In this document: positions 49,894 through 55,714 of the stretch, piece after piece
How the letters are laid out: each line of letters starts with the position of its first letter
Position numbering within the stretch: position 1 is the stretch's first letter
Assembly (NCBI GenBank): GCA_016217965.1
Contig: JACRFI010000015.1
Location: forward strand, 82,366-138,079
Length of the DNA stretch: 55,714 nucleotides
Origin: Candidatus Kaiserbacteria bacterium
Lineage (GTDB): Bacteria > Patescibacteriota > Minisyncoccia > Phycocordibacterales > UBA2100
Reading direction: 5' to 3'
Notes under the pieces: generated by a model
What the model saw: only the letters and a program-made list of their open reading frames with translations
Databases searched by the model: none
Told to the model about the DNA's origin: nothing
Made by a program: the position numbers and the translations under genes

Positions 49894-51123
49894 ATGCGAA
49901 GAATATTATTCGGACTGATAGTGATACTCGGAGCAGGTGGAGCAATCGCGACGGGAATGACCGGCGCATTCTTCTCTGACACCGAAACCTCAACCGGCAA
50001 CACATTTGCCGCGGGCGCGATTGATTTAAAGATTGATAACGACAGTTACTACAACGGTAATCGTTGTACATTCCTTGACGCGCAAGCCACGACGACGCCC
50101 GGATTCTACTGGCAGGGGCAATTCCCCTTCCCCGTTGTCGGCTCTGCCTGCGACACGAGTTTCCCTCTCTCCGATCTTGATGATGGACTTCTCTTCTTTA
50201 ATTTCCGCGACTTGAAGCCTGATGACGAGGGCGAAGACACCATATCCATCCACGTTCAGAACGATGCGTGGGCATGTATGGATTTGACACTTACATCGGA
50301 CGACGATGTCTCCACCACAGAGCCCGAAGGCCAAGTGGATGCAACGGACAATCCACTTGATACATGGGACGGCGAACTTGCCGACGCGCTCCAGTTCTTC
50401 TGGTGGGCAGACGACGGAGACAACGTGTACGAGACTGGTGAACAAGACCTCTCAGGAGGCATAAAGACGCTCACAGACCTTGCTACGACAACCGGCGCAT
50501 TCTCCATAACCCTCGCCGACTCTAATGGAAACGCGTGGGGTGGTGATGAACCGCTTCCTGCAAACGAGACAGTCTATATCGCGAAGGCGTGGTGCTTTGG
50601 CACGCTCACAACTCCTGGCCTCCCAGACGATGCTGACACAGGCCCGCAAGTACGTCCTGGCAGCGTGCTTTGCGACGGATCCGCACTTGGCAACGAAACG
50701 CAGACTGACATGGCGCAGGTAACGCTTGCGTTCCGCGCAGAACAGGCACGGAACAATCTTGACTTCCGATGCGAACCGCCTGACCAAAGAACCGGGACGC
50801 TGACGATTGATAAGGTGCTCCTCACTTCACATGGAGCAATTTCAGTTGGAGACTTCACGCTGCACATCGTTGGTCCGAACGGCGACCAAATTGTGACCGA
50901 CCAGGTGCCTGTACCAAACTTGCCGACTGGCTCATACACCGCATATGAACAGGTGACGGGCGATGTTGCTGGTAAAACATTCATCACTACCTTCAGCGGC
51001 GTCTGCACAAGCGGCGGTGGCACTCCGACGTCAACTCCGTTCAACTTAGATGCGAACGACAACGTGACGTGCACAATCCTGAACGACGAGATTGGTGACA
51101 ACGCTCCGCCAACCTTCAATTAA
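49894..51123 (+). CDS. TasA-family protein with extra C-terminal prealbumin/pilin-like beta domain
   Basis: MTGAFFSDTETSTGNTFAAGAIDL; DLKPDD; GTLTIDK...VTCTILN. Confidence 0.85.
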   Translation: MRRILFGLIVILGAGGAIATGMTGAFFSDTETSTGNTFAAGAIDLKIDNDSYYNGNRCTFLDAQATTTPGFYWQGQFPFPVVGSACDTSFPLSDLDDGLLFFNFRDLKPDDEGEDTISIHVQNDAWACMDLTLTSDDDVSTTEPEGQVDATDNPLDTWDGELADALQFFWWADDGDNVYETGEQDLSGGIKTLTDLATTTGAFSITLADSNGNAWGGDEPLPANETVYIAKAWCFGTLTTPGLPDDADTGPQVRPGSVLCDGSALGNETQTDMAQVTLAFRAEQARNNLDFRCEPPDQRTGTLTIDKVLLTSHGAISVGDFTLHIVGPNGDQIVTDQVPVPNLPTGSYTAYEQVTGDVAGKTFITTFSGVCTSGGGTPTSTPFNLDANDNVTCTILNDEIGDNAPPTFN

Positions 51124-51195
51124 CTTCGACTGGCCCTGCCCCAGTTTTGAGAGATTTGCGTGCGCAAAAACTGGGGTCGGGCGAATAAAATCCGC

Positions 51196-52191
51196 ATGCG
51201 CATTTCGACAAGCATTTACGTACGAGCAGCAGTCGCGACCTTGGTCGCGACTGCTGCAGTGCTTGCCTTTTATGCCCGTAGCATCGAGCCTGGCATCACG
51301 TTTGCAACGCATGGTGTGGATCTGAAGATAGACAGCGTTGCATATTACCTCGGCAATAAAGTATTGGGATCGTCGTGGGCGCTGAAGAACCTCGTGCCAG
51401 GCGTGGATAAATTCTGGAACTTCGACGACATCAAGCCAGGCGATTATGGATGCAACGTGATATCGCTGCATGTCAAAAATACGCACGCGTGGATGTGCCT
51501 CGATTTTAAGAATCTTTCAGAGAACGAGAACGGCGAGAACGAACCAGAAGGAAACGAGGATGCGACGCTAGGCGCAGACCTTGCCGATGGCACTGAATTC
51601 TTCGGCTGGATGGATGATGGAGACGGGAAATTCGAGCCGCCAAACGAAAAAGCGATTTTCGGAACTTCTACGCAAGCGGCTTCGTATGTGTTCGCAAGCA
51701 GCACGACGTACGCTATCGCCGATGCGCGCGGCAGCATGTGCCGCGCCTCGACGAAGCGGTACGTGGGGATGTGTTGGTGTGCGGGAGATTTGACCGTGCA
51801 GCCAAACGGAACATTTGCGTGCGACCCGACAGCACTCGGCAACGAGGCGCAGACAGATTCTTTTACCGTCGACGTACTGCTTCGCGCCGAAGCCGCGCTT
51901 TCGAAGCCCAACTTCCAATGCGGCGGCTACCCGCCCGTCACGCCGCCTTGCCCGAATTGCAATGGACCCATCAACATCACGGTGAATAACAACGGCTTCA
52001 TCAATTCCACCACTACCGCGAGTTCTAATACAGGGGGCAATACTGCAGGTGGCGGAGGCACAGTAAACACCGGCAATGCCTCTTCGAGCGCGACAAGTAC
52101 GAACACCAACAACACAACAGAGATCGGCCAAGGTGGCAGCGCGAATGATATCCGCGACTTCCTGAGAGAGCTTTTGAAACGCATCCGATAA
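51196..52191 (+). CDS. TasA-like protein lacking the canonical SipW motif, with N/T/G-rich tail
   Basis: TFATHGVDLKID, DIKPGDYG, WMC.D, DDGDG, NEAQTD shared with the two upstream paralogs. Confidence 0.75.
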   Translation: MRISTSIYVRAAVATLVATAAVLAFYARSIEPGITFATHGVDLKIDSVAYYLGNKVLGSSWALKNLVPGVDKFWNFDDIKPGDYGCNVISLHVKNTHAWMCLDFKNLSENENGENEPEGNEDATLGADLADGTEFFGWMDDGDGKFEPPNEKAIFGTSTQAASYVFASSTTYAIADARGSMCRASTKRYVGMCWCAGDLTVQPNGTFACDPTALGNEAQTDSFTVDVLLRAEAALSKPNFQCGGYPPVTPPCPNCNGPINITVNNNGFINSTTTASSNTGGNTAGGGGTVNTGNASSSATSTNTNNTTEIGQGGSANDIRDFLRELLKRIR

Positions 52192-52197
52192 TCCACT

Positions 52198-52824
52198 ATG
52201 AAAATTCTAAATACAATTTTTTATGCCCTCTTCATAGTATTGCTTTTGGGAGTTGCTAGCCTTTTCCTCGCTTCCCTCTTGCCTATCCCTGGCAACGTCC
52301 AGATAAAAATAGTAAAGAGCGGTTCGATGGAGCCGGCGATAAAAACTGGCTCTGTTGTCGTCTTGAAACCTCAGGAATCATACAAAGTAGGCGATGTCAT
52401 TACATTTGGCGAGGACACCGGCACGCAAATACCCACGACGCACCGCATCATTGAAGTGCGGCAAGAAGGTTCACAGACCTTCTACATGACAAAGGGTGAT
52501 GCGAACGAGGATCCTGACAACGTGCAGATAGCAAAGAGCGAAGTGGAGGGGCGCGTGCTTTTCAACGTGCCGTATGCGGGATACGTACTGGATTTCGCAA
52601 AGCAACCTATCGGATTCACGCTGATGATAGGGCTTCCGGCGGCGATGATAATTCTTGACGAGCTGATGCGGATATTCCAGGAGGTGCGAAGAATACGGGG
52701 CGGGAGGCGCAGGAGGAAAAAAGAAAAAGGGAGCGCGCCCCTACTTCGCCAAAGCTTCGAAGGACAAGCGCCACATTCCCCTTCCCCAGGGTCCGTTCTG
52801 GATCTGCGAAATTCATATGAATGA
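52198..52824 (+). CDS. sipW: Signal peptidase I, SipW/S26B type
   Basis: VKSGSMEP, GDVITF, THRI, TKGDAN..PD (Ser-His type). Confidence 0.9.
   Translation: MKILNTIFYALFIVLLLGVASLFLASLLPIPGNVQIKIVKSGSMEPAIKTGSVVVLKPQESYKVGDVITFGEDTGTQIPTTHRIIEVRQEGSQTFYMTKGDANEDPDNVQIAKSEVEGRVLFNVPYAGYVLDFAKQPIGFTLMIGLPAAMIILDELMRIFQEVRRIRGGRRRRKKEKGSAPLLRQSFEGQAPHSPSPGSVLDLRNSYE
52735..52772. repeat. 33-nt in-frame palindromic insertion (PLLRQSFEGQA) with GCGCC direct repeats
   Basis: GCGCC-CCTACTTCGCCAAAGCTTCGAAGGACAA-GCGCC; CTTCG/CGAAG arms. Confidence 0.6.
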
Positions 52825-54526
52825 CACTAAAAAAATAACCCCGGTAGCGTATATTCGTGTTCCGACGATAGAGGGCACGATTGAAAAATTTCCTGTCTCT
52901 CGCCACGTTCTTTCACTTCCGCGGCTGAAGAAGATAGACCTCTGGAAACCATCGCTCGTGCAGCAAGTAAGCGCACTTGTCCTGGTGGTTTCCCTCTTTG
53001 CATCCTCGTACGGTGTGACATACGGACAGCTACAAGCAACACTCGCCTACTTCCGCGATGACGAAACCTCGAGCAACAACATACTTCAAGCGGGAGCGCT
53101 GGATTTCACCGTCTCGCCTGATGGCGACGTGAGTGCGATTGTCGAAGCCGGAGAGCATCTTGTCATCCCCATCATGACTCCTGAGCCAGGGACCTTCCCC
53201 ACCATGTATCGTATTGTCACCGAAGAATTCGACGGTCCGAACACGATGTGCACGCTGCTCGATGCTGATGCAACGACAACGCCATTCACGTACACGGGCG
53301 ATCTTCTAGCTCTCACCGTAACCGCAACAACAACCTCAGGCGCCTGGCCTCTTGAAATTTCACTGCCGAGTGTTCTTGGATTGGTGGAAGGCGACGAATG
53401 CGTCGTTGACCTCGTCTATCGCGGCTGGCACAAGGACGTGCCTGAAAATACAGGCTATACGGATGAAGAGAAAGTGCGCATCACACTCACATACACAGCA
53501 AGCACCGACGATTTCAATATTGTCCTCAATGAATTTCTGCCGAATCCGGACGATGAAGCAAACGGGCTCGATTTCGGAAGCGATAGTGCCAATATGCCGC
53601 TCGGAGAATGGGTAGAGTTGTATAACAATGGCAACGCTTCAATCGATATCGCAGATTGGTATCTCGCGGACGAGAGCGGCGGCGCTGGGAATACGCAGGC
53701 GGTAGTCGGGCTTACAAACACGCAGCCCGCAACAACCACAATACCTGCTCACGGCTGGCTCGTTATCTATTTCAACAAACCAGTCCTTAACAACACAGGC
53801 GACAGCATTTTCTTGTATACGGACACAGATGTGCTTGTCGATTCGTACACGTATGATAACCCAAGCGACTTTTGCGAGAATGAACCAACGCCGACAAGCA
53901 CAAACGCGTCATCTTCTCCTTCGATTGGAAGTTGCCCCGGCACAGCGGTTGCACCGAACAAGTCATACGCGCGCATTCCTGATGGTACTGGCGCATTCGT
54001 AGATCCGGTCCCGACGCCAGGCTCTCCGAACATTCCGGACCCAGAACCAGAGCTTACCGCCGCCGAGAGCTCCGGCGAACCGATGCCAGAAGTGTTGGGG
54101 GCAGAAACCCCACAGGAAGAAGCGACAACAACGCCAGAAACGGAAGAAGAAACAGAGGGTGCAGACGTGCCGGAAGAAGTTGGAAATTGGAGTTCTTCAG
54201 GCGGAGGAGGAGGCGCACCAGCGCCTGTGTCAGATGCTACGCAAGAACCTGAAGCTGCTCCTGAAGACACGGGAGGCGCACAGGAAAATACTGAAGGAGA
54301 GTCTTCGGACGATGCTGCTTCATCAATCGATGAAGCCCCACTTCCCGAACAACCGGCAGATGGCACGCCACCTTCAGATACGCCTGAAGATGTACCGGAC
54401 GACACCGGCACGAGCTCATCTGAACCCTCTACTGAGCCGCCAGCACCTGTCGACACTCCCCCACCTCCTCCCGAACCAGAAGTTCCCCCACCGCCACCAC
54501 CTTCCGACGTTCCAGTAAGCGAATAA
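52817..54526 (+). CDS. SipW-motif protein with lamin-tail domain and acidic Pro-rich tail
   Basis: TLAYFRDDETSSNNILQAGALD; IVLNEFLPNP...EWVELYN...LNNTGD...SYARIPDG...PTPG. Confidence 0.82.
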   Translation: MNDTKKITPVAYIRVPTIEGTIEKFPVSRHVLSLPRLKKIDLWKPSLVQQVSALVLVVSLFASSYGVTYGQLQATLAYFRDDETSSNNILQAGALDFTVSPDGDVSAIVEAGEHLVIPIMTPEPGTFPTMYRIVTEEFDGPNTMCTLLDADATTTPFTYTGDLLALTVTATTTSGAWPLEISLPSVLGLVEGDECVVDLVYRGWHKDVPENTGYTDEEKVRITLTYTASTDDFNIVLNEFLPNPDDEANGLDFGSDSANMPLGEWVELYNNGNASIDIADWYLADESGGAGNTQAVVGLTNTQPATTTIPAHGWLVIYFNKPVLNNTGDSIFLYTDTDVLVDSYTYDNPSDFCENEPTPTSTNASSSPSIGSCPGTAVAPNKSYARIPDGTGAFVDPVPTPGSPNIPDPEPELTAAESSGEPMPEVLGAETPQEEATTTPETEEETEGADVPEEVGNWSSSGGGGGAPAPVSDATQEPEAAPEDTGGAQENTEGESSDDAASSIDEAPLPEQPADGTPPSDTPEDVPDDTGTSSSEPSTEPPAPVDTPPPPPEPEVPPPPPPSDVPVSE

Positions 54527-54862
54527 TCAACTGTAGAGAAGTATCCCGTAGACAAGCGCGACATCGAGTATCGCGCACAATACACATGAGATAGCGAGCG
54601 GGACTTCGCGGTGCACCGACGCGTAGACAACCCAGAGTGTGTTTATGACAAAAAAGAGGCTAAAAGATTCCCACGAAAGTGCCGAGCCATCCTTCACGCG
54701 ATACAAATGGAGGATTTGCGGAAGAAGCGCAACCGGTGTCGCAAGTGCGACAACATACATGACGTAGTCGAGCATCCGTTTCCAAAAGACGGGATGCGGG
54801 AACGCCTTTAATTCCTTATAGATGCGCTTCCGTACGTGCAGGTGATGAAAACCGCCGAGCAT
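54527..54862 (-). CDS. PQ-loop/SemiSWEET-like small transporter
   Basis: LLPQI...K...LS...W..Y; three TM helices. Confidence 0.72.
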   Translation of the reverse strand: MLGGFHHLHVRKRIYKELKAFPHPVFWKRMLDYVMYVVALATPVALLPQILHLYRVKDGSALSWESFSLFFVINTLWVVYASVHREVPLAISCVLCAILDVALVYGILLYS

Positions 54863-54887
54863 CCCACAATCGTAGCACGCAAATATC

Positions 54888-55433
54888 CTACTTCGCCTTT
54901 TCTATTTCCTTGCTGCTGGCTTCGAACGTCTTCCAAAATTCTTCTTCAAGAAATGTGTTAATGCCCACGCACGCCTCCACTATCCACTTCGCTCCCGTAA
55001 TGTATTCCATACGGCGCCCTCGCGTCCAGCCGGCTGGCGGGTCGAACCCCATCATTTTCGTATTCACGGCCTGATCTGCTATTTTGATGCGCTTTACACG
55101 TGGCTCTTTATCTTTCACACGCTCGGCCTGCCATTTTTTCCTGATACAATCCGGATTCCCAGCAAAATGCGCAGGGTCGGTGAGCCCGTCAACCATTCCC
55201 CCAATATCTTCTCCGAATTCGCGCAAGATATCTTCTATCGTGACCGGCGTATCCTCGACAACGTCGTGGAGCCACGTGGCTGCAATTTCATCATCTGTCG
55301 CAATGGAAAGTTCGACAAGTTTTACAACCCGCCGAGGGTGCTCAATAAAAGGTTCCCTGGCAGCAGTCCACAGGAACTGCCCCGCGTGATGCTTGGTTGC
55401 ATACTCTTGTGCTTTTTGAACTACGTTTTGCAT
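54888..55433 (-). CDS. HD-domain protein, Mesh1/small alarmone hydrolase-like
   Basis: H.GQ...PFIEHP..V, WLHDVVEDT, IKIAD..N. Confidence 0.82.
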   Translation of the reverse strand: MQNVVQKAQEYATKHHAGQFLWTAAREPFIEHPRRVVKLVELSIATDDEIAATWLHDVVEDTPVTIEDILREFGEDIGGMVDGLTDPAHFAGNPDCIRKKWQAERVKDKEPRVKRIKIADQAVNTKMMGFDPPAGWTRGRRMEYITGAKWIVEACVGINTFLEEEFWKTFEASSKEIEKAK

Positions 55434-55612
55434 TTTTTGCTTTTCCTAGCAGTGCGAAGTGGTGGAGGTTGTATCAGAAAGTCAGAACCCACTTCCGGAA
55501 CAATCCGATCTGAATTCCTGCGCACGCGCCGCGTGCGCTGTATCGCATTCCAACAAGGTACGCGCGGAGCGCTTGGAAGAGCTGAACGCCGCCACCGCGC
55601 CAAAGCGCGGTA

Positions 55613-55708
55613 CATCCCGCCCCCACGCCCTTTCCAAATTCCTTTCCATTTTTGAATGCGCGCGGGGGTATCCGAAATGCATGCGGAAAAGGGCGTGGGG
55701 GCGGGATG
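55613..55708. repeat. 23/24-bp GC-rich inverted repeat (MITE-like)
   Basis: CATCCCGCCCCCACGCCCTTTCC / GGAAAAGGGCGTGGGGGCGGGATG. Confidence 0.65.
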
Positions 55709-55714
55709 CTGCCC

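Noticed and set aside
53767-54630. 287-aa antisense Gly/Ser-rich ORF
   Set aside because: Reverse-strand shadow of the Pro/Glu-rich tail of the lamin-tail protein

Overview
Chromosomal segment of a small-genome bacterium. Gene content (complete F-type ATPase with beta-sandwich-only epsilon, mraZ-rsmH-ftsL-like-PBP block, RNHCP protein, PG-binding/PKD surface proteins, nirK, many orphan ORFs) suggests Patescibacteria/CPR (Parcubacteria-like); this is an inference. Housekeeping parts are nrdJ, the atp operon, ahcY with a PfkB kinase, the dcw start, guaA, an RND pump and tRNA-Glu(CTC). The most notable items: (1) a five-gene SipW/TasA-family fibre operon with a long structured leader; (2) an EcfG-like sigma domain fused to an unknown ~230-aa N-terminus, flanked by two related structured non-coding elements with C-rich loops, near a twin-arginine JAB-like protein; (3) a split tRNA-Glu whose two ends bracket an intact tRNA-Glu held in a 22-bp inverted repeat; (4) six heptamer-repeat elements at stop/start junctions inside operons; (5) a compact B12 salvage module around class II RNR; (6) a Delta24-sterol-reductase-like FAD enzyme; (7) small in-frame palindromic insertions in proteins. 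No CRISPR array, transposase, integrase or rRNA was seen. All assignments are from motif recognition by eye, without database searches.
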